A DNA stretch of 64,000 bases from Guillardia theta CCMP2712 (GCF_000315625.1 NW_005434667.1:1045061-1109060); one strand, 5' to 3'; shown: positions 47,900-61,243, numbered from the stretch's first letter. Notes: generated from the letters alone by a model not told the origin. Numbers and translations are program-made.

Positions 47900-50800
47900 C
47901 ACGCTCGAATCGTTCATGAGCGAAATGAGAGGCGGAGGTATCTCGGATACGTTCACAGTCTTGGTGTTGCGGCACAAGATACAATCAGATTCCTGCTTTC
48001 AACTGTCAGCGAGAAGACATGCCAACGAGCTCATAGGCCTGCAGCGATTGGAATTTGCTCCACCAGTGGGAGGACTTGCTCCTATGCCTCACGTTCTTGA
48101 CATTCTCTGTATCCCATTCGGAAACTTTCTCCTGAAAGTACAAGTTAACGTGTGATACCCGATCGTCAAGGTGAGGTCACTTACAAATTCTTCAAAGAGC
48201 TCAGGTTCAGTCACAGCAATGCTGGTTCGATCCAAGTCTTGATGTGACTTTGTATGCTGTCTGACAGCAGTGGATATATCATTAGCTCTGATTGTACTTG
48301 ACATGTCATCAGCTCTGATTGTAGTTGATGTAGTTGACATGTCATTAGGTCTGTTTGAAGTTGATGTGTCAGTATCTCTGACGGCTGTAGGCGGCATATC
48401 ATCAGCTCTACTTTTAGTCGATATATCATCAGCTCTGTTTGCAGGTGACATATCAGTAGCTTTCACGACTGTAGTTGACATATCAGTAGCTTTGATGGCT
48501 GTTGGAGGGCGCGAGAATTTGTTCTGGATCGCAGTAGAAGCCTCGAGCATAATTGAACGATCAGATCCGTGAGAGCGAGGAGAATGGTAGGACATCGTGT
48601 CTTCCTGCGTCTCATCCACAACCGCCAACATCTCATGCTTGTCGTGATGATTAATCGCCAAGGAAGGTTCCTCCTCGCTCTGCTGAACTTCCAGCGCCTC
48701 CAGGGCTCTGCCGGCGCTGCTTACCTTCCTCTCTGCTGTGACGTACTGCTCCAGGAGCTCTTCTCCATAAGGAGATCGTCCTGCTGCTGCTGCCTCTAGC
48801 TCATCCCGGGCACTCCTAGACGAGACTGAAGTCCTGGGTCGGGAATGAGCAGAGCTCTCCCGTTTCAGGTCAGGAGTGCTCCAATACATCTGATTGTCCT
48901 CTGCCACCTCCTCCCCCTGCATCATTGCGTTTGTCTTGACATCGGCGTCTTGTACTGCTGCTGCATGTCTGCTTGCTGGAGCGCTGCGTGGACCGGAAGG
49001 GGCAGGAGTGGGGGCCTTGGAGAAGGAAGAAGTTGGCTGTCAAGGCATGTGAAGAGCAGCGAGGATAACAAGAAGACAGTTACTCGGGGAGGAGGACGGC
49101 AGAAACCTCTTTGAGGAGCAAGCTTCTTCTGTTTGATCTCGTTGAAGTAGTTGGAGATGGATTCCACGTCTTCGGTCTCCAGCCCGAGCGAAGACTTGAC
49201 CTCTCTTGTCGCATGCTTCACAGCTGGTATAGCTCGTCGCTGGGGAATGTCAGCAGCCGTGCCATGGCGAGACACTCTCTTTGGAAGAGCAGCCATGTGA
49301 CGATCTGACGAGAAGCTTGTGAGCAAGAGGGTACAGAGAAGGACTTGAAGTTGCCTCGTTGCGGGGAGGGAGGAAATGAAGTCGCAGGTCTTGAAGAAGA
49401 TTCAGGAGGGTAATGCGGCAGCTCCTCCTGTGGAGGTTTGAAACATTACATGATCAATGAGTCAACTCGGGAGCAAACTTACAACATTCCAGTAGAAAGA
49501 GGACCTGTCGTTGTCAGCTGATCGCCTCGCTCGACTATCCTCCTCCGGTGGCTGCGTGCTCGGAGTTTGAGCACAAGAATGTTCGACAGTTTCCTTTTCT
49601 TTCACCATCTCGTTCTCCTCCTTGTCACCGTCCAAGACCTGTTCGAAGTGAAGGTCGACGTGAACTCCTTTTCTAGCAAGGCTGTACTTCCATCTGGTGA
49701 TACGGACATATAGATCAGAAGCCGGCTCCCCGAACAGCTTCTGCACGTCATCGTATCCCTTGCCGTAAACAAACACCGCAGGCCTTGTTTGCATCTTTGA
49801 CTGCACAGAGATCCCCTGCCTTGTGAGAAGAGAGCCAAGAGAGTCTTGCGACATGTGCTCCACCAGGTTCTTGCAGACGACCTGAAGCCTCGTCAGCCTC
49901 TAGACTACAACGGTAACAGTCACATCCGAGAAGTCCTTGTCTTGCGTCGTCACTCGGATCTCGATGTCGCAGCTCTCAGCAAGGCTGTCCTTGCTAGGAG
50001 GAGAGCGTCGTGCGGGGTTGACAGCGATCTCAGCTCCTTCCAGCTTGAGGATGTGAGCGAGGGCTTTCTTCAAGATCGCATGTCTGAGAGCAGAACAGTA
50101 AGACAAGAAGCTGAGGCGAGAAGCTCTTACGCTTCGGCGCAGCGAGTCTTGTTCTTGGTGACGAAGAACTCAGACCCCGACCCTGTGAGGCTGATGATGC
50201 AGACGACAATCTGAGGGCTTTGATGCAGGCGAGCCAGCACATGGAGGGCCAGTTCTTAGAGAGAGTCAGCGAGCACAGGCAGCAGGAGGGTTCTTACGAT
50301 AGTCCTCTTCCTCGAGCCTCTCGCTCTCCTCCGAGTCATCATCTCCTCCTCGCCTTGCCTTGTCTTTCCATCTCCATGTCTGTGGATCATCTCACATGCG
50401 ACAACACCCATCGTCCTCGTCCCTCACCTCCCCGTGGGCCCTCTCGTGCCCGAACAACCGCTTGCCTTCCGACTTGAGGAAACTGCATTCATCTCAAAAC
50501 CCTAAACCCCTTACTAAACGACTGCATGACCTCTTAATCTGATCTTCATCAGGCTCTTCTTTCAGATACTTGTAGTTGTTTTCTTTCTCATCAAAGATTA
50601 CATATCCTTCAATGTTTTCACCCAAATTTGATTTGTCAGCTGAGATTCCTTCTGTCGCCAACACCCGTTGTGTTCGCTTTGCCAAGACTCGTCGGAAGTC
50701 GCTGAGATTAGCATGCAGAAACTCTTGTCCGCGGATCGAGTCTAACTTCTCCTTGCGTTGAATGAAGCTCGACAATATGCTCTGGTGCAGTGCTCCTGCG

Positions 50801-50925
50801 CTGTTCTGTTGTGGCAGAAAGGGTTCCCAACCATCGTTCTGGTAGTCGGAAGACGAGAACTGTGTGTTCTCAGTCTGCTCCTGCAGGAGCGAGAAGCTTG
50901 TTGACGCTCTCTTCAGCTTCTCCAT
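47900..50925 (-). CDS. chain of coding exons of unknown function between the MORN and WD40 regions
   Basis: Co-oriented ORFs (48089-48925, 48922-49326, 49462-49863, 49900-50106, 50494-50925) bounded by GT/AG. Confidence 0.6.
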
Positions 50926-51152
50926 CCCTCTCCCTCTCTCGTCCCCTGCCCTGCCCTCAGCTCTGCCATGCCAGGCAAAGGCAATTCAACGGCCCGACAC
51001 CCTAGCTGGAGTACCCGGAGCCAAATGAGAGGCGGAATAAGGTTGACAGAGATGGACTAGGCTCGAGATTGCAACAAGACAAAACAAGCTTCAAAGGAGT
51101 GCGCTTCAACTGGAGCGTTTGCATTTTGCTGTTGGATCCCAATGGGATGTTA

Positions 51153-53363
51153 TTAAAACGATTTAGAAAAGCTTTCTGTCAGATATGCTCTAACGCTACT
51201 TGGCATGGACCTCAGCCGAACCCCCAAGTTCTCTGTGCTTCGTTGAGCTGCTCCAGGCTTGTAAAACCCATTCATGACGACTGTCTCAGCCTCCTTCGAC
51301 TTCTTCAGCGCGAAGTTGGCAGCAAGAATTGCATCTGACCAGAGAAGAGTGTGGCTCAAGTCGTCTTTGTCAAACTTGCTCATCGATTTAGGGTGATCAG
51401 AGTCCACAGGAAATTCGAGCTTGATGACAGGAAGCATATCATAGAATGAGTCTTCAATGGCTGCGTCTTTCTGCACTGCAACAAGTCCAACAGAACATCG
51501 CTTCCCTCCCTTCCAGCATCCCAGGTAGCAGATCTTGTTCGGCAGGGTGAAAATCCCCAACCCATCTCGCATCCCCTCCAAGAAAAATCCAGAGTACTTG
51601 GTTCCGTCCGTGTACCTTTCCACTCCTGCTCCGCATGGCACGTCTTCTTTCCACTCGCCTTGGAACGCGGGCCCCTCAGCGAATTGTAGGATTCCAAGGC
51701 CTTCTCGTCTGCCACTGACAGTCTGTCCCACGTATCTTGGACGCACGTACAGGCGGTTCACATCGAACGCGTTGCTGATCTTCCTGTGCGACACCACGTA
51801 CTCGAGGACCGAAGACAAACTCTTTGCTCTCAAGCGATTGAGAACAGAGCAGTTTCCATGTCCCATAAGAGCCTTGTCGGATGCTTGATCAGCCTCGTCG
51901 CTGGCGTCCTTGCCTGCGCTCTGATTTGAGGTTTCAAGTTCTGATTCAACCTTCTGATTCGCGTCAACGTCGTTTTTGAGGTTATGTTCAATCTCGACGG
52001 AACTTTTCTCTTCGCCAGCTCTTTCAACCTCAGCTTCATTTTCGCCTGCTCCTTCAACCTCAGCTTCATCTTCGCCAGCTCCTTCAACTACGTGCTCTCC
52101 CTCTTCGAGTGTGCTCGGATTCGACTTGTTCGCCGTCTCTTGTCTCAAGACCGTTGAAATCTCTGCGGCTGTGGGCTCCATGGCGGCATCGGCAACTTCA
52201 TCTAACTGCAGGTCTTGAGACGCGTCAGCCTCAGGTATCGAATCTTTATCTGTGCATGTGCTGCTCACGCCGTCACTCGTGGAAGCTTTCAGTTTCTCGA
52301 TGCTTGTCTGTATGATTTTCTCCTTGGAGCTCAATCCGAGAGTATCTCGTTCCTCCAATGCCAGCGCGTACCCGACCAAGTCTTGATTCAGCACCTTCTT
52401 GTAGGTCTGCAGGTTCCTAATAGACTCAAGTTTGTGCTCAGCCTCCAGCTGTTTGAATCTTCTCGTCATCTTCTTGAGGTGATTCAGCCTCATCGTCGAA
52501 GTCTTCTTGAACTCCGAGTCCTTCCGCTTCTTGCTTACCAACCAGAACGCAGCAGCATCGCGTATTGCCGCAAGCAGCTCGGCTCTCTTCTCGTTCGTTT
52601 TGTTCAGATTGCTGTCAGCAATGGTCTTGAGATGCACCTTCGAATCTGCGCTGGAAGTTTGACTGCTCAGAACCGCCCCAAACGCCTCAACTCGAGCTTC
52701 TTCCAGGGCCTGGCGTACAGATCCCTTCCATTTCATGCTTGTCGGGGCCTGGGAGTCACCTGAGCCTGAGCCTTTCGCTTGCACTGAGTGCTTTTCCAAG
52801 AACTTTTGCATGTTGAAGTGAGACGGTGAGTTGAGCAACTTCACGGTCAGGTTGTCGGGAATGTGCTTGACCGGTTGCCGTCTTAGGTGGGGTTTGAGAG
52901 AAGGTTGAAGAGCCTTGAGGCTGTCGCGAGAGATCTCTTCGATAACGTGGCGAGGAGGAGGAATCGGTCTGACCTCGTTGTTCTCTTCCTGAGAAACAAC
53001 GTTCTTAGAGAAGCTCCTGTACAGGGCGTCCAACGGCAAGAGCGACTGCTGCTTGCTGAGAATGAGGCGGAGGAGTTTGGCTCTGAACCATGCTACCTCA
53101 GGATCGTTTCTGCTCATGGATGATATGATGTCCCATGCAGCCTCGTACTTCTTCTCGCGAATCATCTGTTGCAAGCTCGACTGCCAATCCTCCTCTTCTC
53201 CACGATGGCCGTGATAAATCCTTGACACAGATTTTCGAGGTTTGCTAGCTGGGGTAATGCTTTCAGTTTGCACCTTCTTTGATTTAAACACTGGCGTCTT
53301 GCTCTGCTCTGTCTTGTCTGCCCTCTCTGCAGAGACGTGTGCGTTCTTCAAAGTCGTCGACAT
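51153..53363 (-). CDS. MORN-repeat-containing protein (736-aa first exon)
   Basis: YVGQTVSGRREGLGILQF, FQGEWKEDVPCGAGVERY, YSGFFLEGMRDGLGIFTL, YLGCWKGGKRCSVG are four MORN repeats. Confidence 0.85.
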   Translation of the reverse strand: MSTTLKNAHVSAERADKTEQSKTPVFKSKKVQTESITPASKPRKSVSRIYHGHRGEEEDWQSSLQQMIREKKYEAAWDIISSMSRNDPEVAWFRAKLLRLILSKQQSLLPLDALYRSFSKNVVSQEENNEVRPIPPPRHVIEEISRDSLKALQPSLKPHLRRQPVKHIPDNLTVKLLNSPSHFNMQKFLEKHSVQAKGSGSGDSQAPTSMKWKGSVRQALEEARVEAFGAVLSSQTSSADSKVHLKTIADSNLNKTNEKRAELLAAIRDAAAFWLVSKKRKDSEFKKTSTMRLNHLKKMTRRFKQLEAEHKLESIRNLQTYKKVLNQDLVGYALALEERDTLGLSSKEKIIQTSIEKLKASTSDGVSSTCTDKDSIPEADASQDLQLDEVADAAMEPTAAEISTVLRQETANKSNPSTLEEGEHVVEGAGEDEAEVEGAGENEAEVERAGEEKSSVEIEHNLKNDVDANQKVESELETSNQSAGKDASDEADQASDKALMGHGNCSVLNRLRAKSLSSVLEYVVSHRKISNAFDVNRLYVRPRYVGQTVSGRREGLGILQFAEGPAFQGEWKEDVPCGAGVERYTDGTKYSGFFLEGMRDGLGIFTLPNKICYLGCWKGGKRCSVGLVAVQKDAAIEDSFYDMLPVIKLEFPVDSDHPKSMSKFDKDDLSHTLLWSDAILAANFALKKSKEAETVVMNGFYKPGAAQRSTENLGVRLRSMPSSVRAYLTESFSKSF

Positions 53364-53940
53364 GATCAGAAGTCCAAAACTCAGTAAATGATCTCAAACT
53401 GTTTTAGTGCTGTCCCTCCATTCCTCGCCTCCTCTCCTCTAGCTTCATCCTGCTCCAGTCAAGCTCTTGTCTCCTTCTCTCTCTCTCTCTCTGTCTCCCT
53501 CCTTCCTCCCCTCCTCGCTCTCTCTGCCTCCTCCTCCCCTCGTTGTGGCTCTACGCTACTCCATGCGCATGGCGGAGGCCCTACGACGGTTTGGGCGGCG
53601 CTAACCGCAGCAAGCCCACCTCAGGTCTTGGGGCAGCAGACCGTCGCACCGTCGGGCAAGTAAAAATCGGGGAAATGATGAGGGAAGGATGGGAGGAGGA
53701 GGACGGGGATGAGGGAAGGATGGGAGGAGGAGGACGGGGAAGAGCAAGGAGGGAGAGGAAGGAGGACGGGGAAGAGCAAGGAGGGAGAGGAAGGAGGACG
53801 GGGAAGAGCAAGGAGGGAGAAGAAGGAGGGGAGGGAACGAAGGAGGGAGAAATGCTACGATCAACAAGAGCCACGTACTAAACTCTTGCAGCTTCAGCGA
53901 TTCTTGAAACTTAGAATGACATGTTGCTGTGGCAGGGGAA

Positions 53941-56900
53941 ATGTGGATGATTGCGAAGGCGCGGGACATTTTCTTGTCTGGATGTGAACTTACCAGCCCT
54001 TCTCATGCTCCAGACCCTCTCCACCCACAGTCGCCATGGATGCCCGCGCAAGTCCCGGGAACTGTCCTGGCGAACCTTGTGGGAGGAGGAGTGTACGCGG
54101 ATCCTTACATCGGGTTCAACAGCATGAAGATTCCGGACATCGGAGAAGTTGGTCCTCAAGAGTACACATACTGGTATTTCTGCTCCTTCGAGCTACATGA
54201 GGAAATGCCGCTTCCATACTGGTGGCTCCAACTAGACGGCATCAACTATTCCTTTGAGCTGTTCTTGAATGGCAAGAAAGTAGGTGTTGCTGATGATCGC
54301 GGCATGTTTCTTCGCCGATGCATCGACGTGTCGGATCTTCTTGAAGCAGACGGCTCCAACTTCATGGCGCTGCTAGTGCGCCCTCCTGACCACTATGGGA
54401 CTATCCCGCCGACCGGGGGGCAAGGGGGGGACCATGAGCTGGCGAAGGATGTCGCATCGCAGTTCTTCCAGGGATGGGATTGGGTGATTCCGGTGGCAGA
54501 TAGAGGAACGGGCGTGTGGAGCGACATCTTGTTGAAGAACACAGGACGTCTCGTGCTGCAAGACGCGTATGCTCAGAGCTGGCTAGAGCCTGGGGACCTC
54601 GGAGATTTGAAAGCCGGGAAACCAGTTACTGGTCAGAGCAAGTTTGGGGTTAACATCACGAATGCTTCAGATGAAGAGATAACAGCAGTTCTGACGCTGC
54701 AAGTGCAGCACACGGACACAGCCTTCGCTGACAGTGATGAAGAGTTTGTAGTGATAGACCTGTTGCTGAAAGACACCATCACCATCGCCCCTCGTCAAGT
54801 TGTGGATTTCCTCTTTCCTCCTCAAAGCATTTCCAACGCCAGGTTATGGTGGCCCAACGGCATGGGAGAGCAGCCGCTGTACGATCTTGTGATGACGGTT
54901 GTGACGGAGGAGGGAGACTTCAGCGATGGTTGTCAATCGAGATTCGGGATCCGCAACCTTGAAAGCTTCGTCGATAAGGCAACAGGAGGAAGAAAGTTCC
55001 GGGTCAATGGCAGCGATGTGTTTGTGCGGGGAGGGAACTACATCTGCAGTGATGCCCTCCTGCGACAGCCGAGGGAGCGCGTGAGGAGCGACGTACAGCT
55101 GCATGCGCATGCGAACCTGAACATGATGCGGTGTTGGGGAGGAGCAGGATGCCAGCGGAAGCCTTTCTATGACGCCTGTGACGAGTTTGGGATTATGGTG
55201 TGGGTCGAGTTCTGGATTACAGGAGATGATGATGGGAGAGGAGGAGGAAGCGCAGATTTCCCGTTAGATCACGAACTCTTCATGCGCTGTGCAGAAGACC
55301 TCGTCCGCAGCGTAATACCTCCTCCCCTCTTTGTGCCCCTCCGCACATCCTTGCCGTCGATTTCATCCCTCCCTCCTCCTCAATGATGTTCTCCATGCGC
55401 AGGCGCGAGGGAACGTGAGCACGAGCATCTACGTTGGGGGCAACGAGCAGACTCCATGCAAGGAGCTGGACGGGCGTCTGAGAAGTTTGATCGCAGAGCT
55501 TGACGGGGGAAGGGATTATGTGTGCGGATCACTGTGGGAAGGGTTCGGAGACGGGAAGGTGAGGAGAGAGGAAGTGGAGATTGCAGTGATGTCAGACCGG
55601 CAGGGTAACTTCTCCGACGGTCCCTACACCATCCAAGATCCGCGATCCTTCTACGCCAAGAAGTTTTACCCCTATGGTTTTAACCCAGAGGTTCCATCCT
55701 ATCCCTCCTCTCCTCCTCTCCTCCTCCCTTCCTCCCTCCTCCCTCCTCTCCTCCTCCCTCCTCCCTCCTCCCTCCTCCCTCCTCCCTCCTCCCTCCTCTG
55801 TCTTCCGGCTCTATCACACACATCTTCCCATCTCTCGCCTCAAATGCGGTCTTGTCGACTACACCCTCTGCTCTCTCCTCTCCCTTGTCTTCTTGGCTCA
55901 TCTCGTCCAGTCCTTCCTGATGCTGTTGAGCAGGTAGGCAGCGTCGGATTGCCTCTGGTTACAACTCTCCTTGCGATACTGGGGGAGGAAGAGGCTGTTC
56001 CCTCCTACATCAAGATGCCCAACGGGCTGCTCATGGAGGAAATCTCGTCGGGACTAGAGCATCACACGTACATCCCATACGGCAACCCCGAGCTGGGGGT
56101 CGCCAACCAGGTTGCGCTCTATGGCATCCCGCAAACTCTCGAGGAACTTTGCGAACAAGCTCAGCTGGCGAACTTCGTCCAGTACCGCGCGCTCGTCGAA
56201 GGGTTCTCAATGCACATGTGGACTGACCACACCGGTGCTCCTCCTCCACCACATCGAAGTCCCCTCCCTCTCCTCCTCCTCATCCTCCTCCGCGCTGCCT
56301 CCTTCTCCTTCTCCTTCTCCTCCTCCTCCTCCTCCACCTCTTCTTCCTCGTCCACCGCATCCCCATCGTCTTTCCTTATCTTAGTTTTTCATATCCATCT
56401 TCTCTTCTACCTTCTTCGGCATCATTCTCTTATCACTTCTCCCTCTTGCTCTATACCCTCAGCTCTCTCTTCTCAATCTCTTGCTCCTCTCCCCCACTCT
56501 GCTCCTCTCCCCTTTCCCCCCCCCCCTCCTTCCCCCTTCTCCTCTCCCCTGAACGAGCTCCAGGTTTCCTGATATGGAAGACTCAAAACCCTTGGATGGG
56601 TCTACGAGGACAGCTCTACGACTGGTCCTTCTCCCCCCTCGCTTCACTTTTTGCCGTCCGACTTGCCTGTCAGCCCCTCCATGTCTTCCTCTGCCCCAGA
56701 GACGGCGGCTCGCTCCTTGTCACCAACATCACCGGCAGCTGCTACGTCGGGCGTCTTGTAGTGACTGTCTGCGATCTCGCTGGAAGGGAGCAGGAACTGC
56801 TCGACGAGGTAGTTGAGATCTCGTCCTCCTCCTCGCAGGTGCTCAAGCAACTCCCGCTCATCCGGTTGCCTCCCCGAGAAGTCTTCTTTCTGTCCATGTC

Positions 56901-57000
56901 AATGGTTGCATTTGATTGTAAAAGCAAGCAAGCAAGGAGGATGAAGGAGAAGATGAGTGCGAGGAATGGCGAGGAGACGAGGGTAGACAACCTGGGGGGA

Positions 57001-57036
<36 letters not shown>

Positions 57037-57699
57037 AGGATCTCTGCTGTCATTTCTCGAAATTTCTATTGGTTGACGCTGGAGCATCTCGATGGAGGAG
57101 TGTATCAGGACGAGTTCATCGCGCTTGGGTTGTGGAGGAAAGAGAATCGTGTGCTGCTGGACGCAAAGGCCATCGGCTACGTGTCAGCTACAGGAGGGGA
57201 AGACAAGCAAACAGCTCCTTGCAGGTTCTTCGACCTGAGGACGAGGAGGGAGGAGGAGGAGGAGGAGGAGGGAAAGATCAGCTACACCCTGCTGGTCAAG
57301 ATCAGCAACTTTTCCTCCCCAGCATCAGTCGCCATGTTCCTTCAGCTCAGAGTCAACGGGGTCGCATCTCCTCCTCCTGTCTTGTACGAGGACAACTTCT
57401 TCTCCCTCCTACCTGGGGAGCAGCGACTGCTCAAGATTGACTGGGCAGGGGATGCAGGATCAGTGGGCGGAGGACGTAGCAAACACGCTTCTTCCTCCTC
57501 TCGCTGCTCTGCTCCTCTCCCCTCCTCTCTTCGCTCGTCTCTCTCCTCTCTCTCCTCATCGTCGTCTTCTAGACATTTTGACCGCGTGTGGGGAGACATG
57601 GATGTGCCTTCCACCTCCTCCCCTCTCTCAGTTGGCCTCGAGCTCATGGGCTACAACGTCGAGCCCTTGCAAGTTCCCATCAAGTGGTCGAACTTGTAG
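53941..57699 (+). CDS. GH2 mannosylglycoprotein endo-beta-mannosidase-like hydrolase
   Basis: VPGTVLANL; LDGINY; GGQGGDHELAKDVASQFFQGWDW..DRGTGVW; FVRGGNYI; MMRCWGG; YVGGNE (acid/base); GFNPE|VGSVG (nucleophile); IWKTQNPWMGLRGQLYD; YEDNFFSLLPGE. True start unclear. Confidence 0.9.
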
Positions 57700-57903
57700 G
57701 GGAAGGGGTACTTGATGCAAGAGGACGTGGGACGAGGAGGAAGAAGAGGACGAGGATGCTAGGGAAAGGAGGAGGATGAAAACTTTTGGTTGCAAAATGT
57801 AGATTACAAAACAATAAAGTCTCTGTCATCTCTATACATATCTACAGCTCCCATATGTACAACTTCTTCTATGAACATCTTCACGTCTTCCCTCTCGCAG
57901 CCC

Positions 57904-58430
57904 CTATACTCCTTCCTTCCTCCTCTCCTCCTCTCCTTCCACATATCTTCGCCCGCTGCTTTCAGGAAGGAGAAGGGCGATCACTCCCAGGGACAGACTA
58001 GCAACCTGATGCAGCAGTGAGCAGAGAGAAAGTGAGTAGAGACAAAAGGAATGGAAAAGAATGGAGAAAGTATGAAGACGATAAAACTGGAGATGAGAGG
58101 AGGAAGCAGAATACAGGAGGGGCAAAAGCCAGGGGGAGGAGCAGGAGGAGAAGCCAGGAAGAGGAGCAGAAGGAGGCGTAAGTAAGGAGGAGAGCCTTAC
58201 CGACAGGAACTCAAAGACGAAGTGATAGTCCAGGGGAAACGAAAGTGAGTTCTGCGGGAAGAAAATATGAGAACAGAATGAGGGAGAGGCTGAAGATTAA
58301 TTCGCAGAGGAGAGAAGTTGAGTCATAAGATAAGGGACTTGGTCAAGATGAAAATGCCGAAGGTAAAAGGAAAAGAGAGAAATTCAGGCAGCAGGAGCAA
58401 GAGCAGGAGCAAGAGCAAGAGCAAGAGCAA

Positions 58431-58490
<60 letters not shown>

Positions 58491-59230
58491 TGAACGAGCA
58501 GGAGCAAGAGCAGGAGCAGCGGGGGGCAGGAGGAGTAAGAATGAGGGACCTTGAGGGACCAGCTGAAAAGAGTTCCACATAGAGAAGGAGCAATCATCGA
58601 GGTAAAGGATGCAGCCATCTGCGAGAAACCGTTGACGGTGCCGATGACCTGCGGTGGGTCATGAGGAGGAGAGGAGGGAAGAGAGGTCTACATGCTGTGG
58701 AGCCGAGTTGTTGATGAGAATCGTGACGGACGTGAAACCCGTGGAGAAGGAGAAGACTTTTGAAAACATGTAAGTCTCCAAACATATCCAGAAGAGGGTC
58801 CGACTCATGAGATCGTACATCTGAAATCTCATTAGAGGAAAGCTGGAGATGGAGTAGGAGGTGGAGAAGGTGGAGAAGGTGGAGAAGGTGGCTATCGGGA
58901 AGGAACAAGTTACGAAGAGGAAGGGGCAAGACAAGAGGAGGTACGGCAGAGCTGTAGGGGGAAAGGAACAAGAAGAGAAAGAAGGGGGGACTTCACATCT
59001 GAAAGGAACGGAAGGATGCAGCAGACGAGAGGGATAAACATGCAAGCAAACTTGTAGAGCTGAAGAGTTCCGAAACTTTTCTGTGTATGAAGAAGCAATT
59101 AGACCTTTGGAGGGAAATATCATGATTTGGAGGATGTTATGAGAAAGCGAAGTCAGGATAGATGTTCCAGAAGGATTAACAAATTGAAGAGGAATAGCAA
59201 GAAGCAGAAGCAGCAGGCTCGAAACATGAT

Positions 59231-59261
<31 letters not shown>

Positions 59262-61243
59262 GAGGAGGAGGAGGAGGAGGAGGAGTAGGAGTAGGAGGAG
59301 CAAGTCAAGATGGAGGACCTTGAGGTTGGGGAATATGATGAGAACGTGGAGAACAAGGAGGAGCCCCTGCCCAAAGAGCGCGAGGCCAATGTCGGAGGTG
59401 TTGAAGTCCAAACCTCCAGCTGCCCGCGGAATAGACATGAGGAGCGGAGTCTGCAAAGAAGAAAGGAGAAGCGAGAATAACAGGGTGAGCAGGAAAAAAC
59501 ATGAGGACAGGAGTAGGAGGGAGCGATGGAAAAAGAAAAAGATGGAAAGAGCAATGAGGAGGAGCAAGGAGATCAGAGAGGAGGAAGAGCGGAGGAGAAT
59601 AGATGCTCACGGCTTCATCCAGGCAGATGACGACAAGTCTTAGGAGAGCGTAAGCGACGGAGGCGAGCAGCGCTTTCTTAGAGAATGCGTATGTCCTGTG
59701 ATGATCAAAAGTTGAGCAGAAGTTGTGGAGAGACGAAGTCAAAGATCGGAGCAGGAAGAGGAAATAGAACGGAAAATAAGGCTCGGATGAGTAAACGGAC
59801 AGCAAGGAACGGGACAAAGATGAAGAGGAGGAGACGGACGAGGAGGAGAAGGACGAGGAGGAGAAGGACGAGGAGGAGGAGTCTCACATGGCAGAATCAC
59901 TGCGCACAAGGCACTTCTTCTCCTTGAAGCTCTGTTCGCACATCAGCAACCAGGCAGAAAGCGAAATAATCTCTGCTCTTTACCGCTGCATCTCCCATCT
60001 CCTGCTTCTCCCACTTGGCTGACTCGGCGCAGTTGTCGTCCGTCTCTGCGGGATCCGTCGCTCTCCTCTCCTCCTCTTCTTTTCCCAGCTTGTCCCTCAC
60101 CTTCTTCCAGCTGGACGTGTGCAAGGCTACCGTCGTGAGGTTTTGACTTACGATCAGGCTCTTTGAGGAAGAAGATCCCAACCTGAAGAACGATCATGAA
60201 GCTGCTACAGCACTTGTGCGCTCACCAGGAAGCCAAACGTGGGGATGACGGACGTCACGAGGCAGGGAAGGAGGTAAGGATACTCCGACCAGATCTACAC
60301 GCATCGCATGTCAGCTCTCCTCCTCCTTGCTAGAGAAGTCGGACTGAGTTCTCGCCGAACACGTTGGGGTACTTGGAGGCAGGCTCGGATAGGAGGCCGC
60401 TGATGGTTGGCCCGATGATTCCTCCTGCTCCCCAGCACCTGCAGGGTCACACCATGAGGAGTAGACTAGCAAACAGAAATGCGAACAGAGCGATGGAGCC
60501 GAACGCCCGAGCTTCGTTCGTCTCATCCGTGATCAGTCCGATGTACGTCTTGACAACCTGCAACAGAACAAATGAGCCTCGGAGACGAGGAGTCGACGAG
60601 GGCACGAGGGCAAGAGATGGGGTCCAAGGAGAGGAAGCATGTGCGATGCTGTCTGTATCCTTTCTCTCACCGCTATGTTACCATTCAACAGGCCGCAGGC
60701 AAGACGAACAAGGATCGCTTGCTTGAGGCTCTTGGAGAAGCCGAAGGCAACCTGACGGCGCGAGCATGACGAGAGGGAAGGTAGGGAACAGGAACTCACA
60801 GTTCCTATGACAGTAGCTGCAAGCCCTGACAGCAAGACAGGACGAATGCCGATGCGATCCGACGCCCAACCCCAGAAGAGTGATGACAAGAACCTTTGCG
60901 CCCGAGCGTTACCGAGACACCCACAAACAGCAACAGCAACTCACTGCCCTAACATGAAGGATGAAGCAATCCATCCTGCGTAGAATCCAACATCCTCCTC
61001 GTCGACACCAAAACTGAAGACTCGGCGTCATGTTGGACGCACGAGTCGAGAACGAGGCTCGAGAAGCACGAGAAGGAGAAGAGAAGAGGTAGGGGAGAAG
61101 CCGCACAAGAGGACGAGGAAGAACCTGTGAACCATGAAGGGGATGAAGGGAAAGAGAAATTGAACGCTGGAGGACTCCGAAGTCAACGTGCTGAGGACGA
61201 TCGCCATGCCCGCGACGGGCAGCGGCGTCGCTGTCGCTGTCAT
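57904..61243 (-). CDS. MFS transporter, zinc-induced facilitator-like (ZIFL/TCR-Tet group)
   Basis: TPLP..LFPFIPFMV; VGFYAGWIASSFMLG; motif A WGWASDRIGIRPVLL; RLACGLLNGNIAVVKTY; AGGLDFNTSDIG; many long repeat-filled introns. Confidence 0.88.
58387..58520 (+). repeat. (GAGCAG/GAGCAA)n hexamer microsatellite, intronic
   Basis: Directly visible. Confidence 0.9.
59230..59300 (+). repeat. compound (GTA)n(GGA)n microsatellite, intronic
   Basis: Directly visible. Confidence 0.9.

Noticed and set aside
48255-48510. CRISPR-like periodicity
   Set aside because: Degenerate in-frame coding repeats without unique spacers, no cas genes, eukaryotic context.
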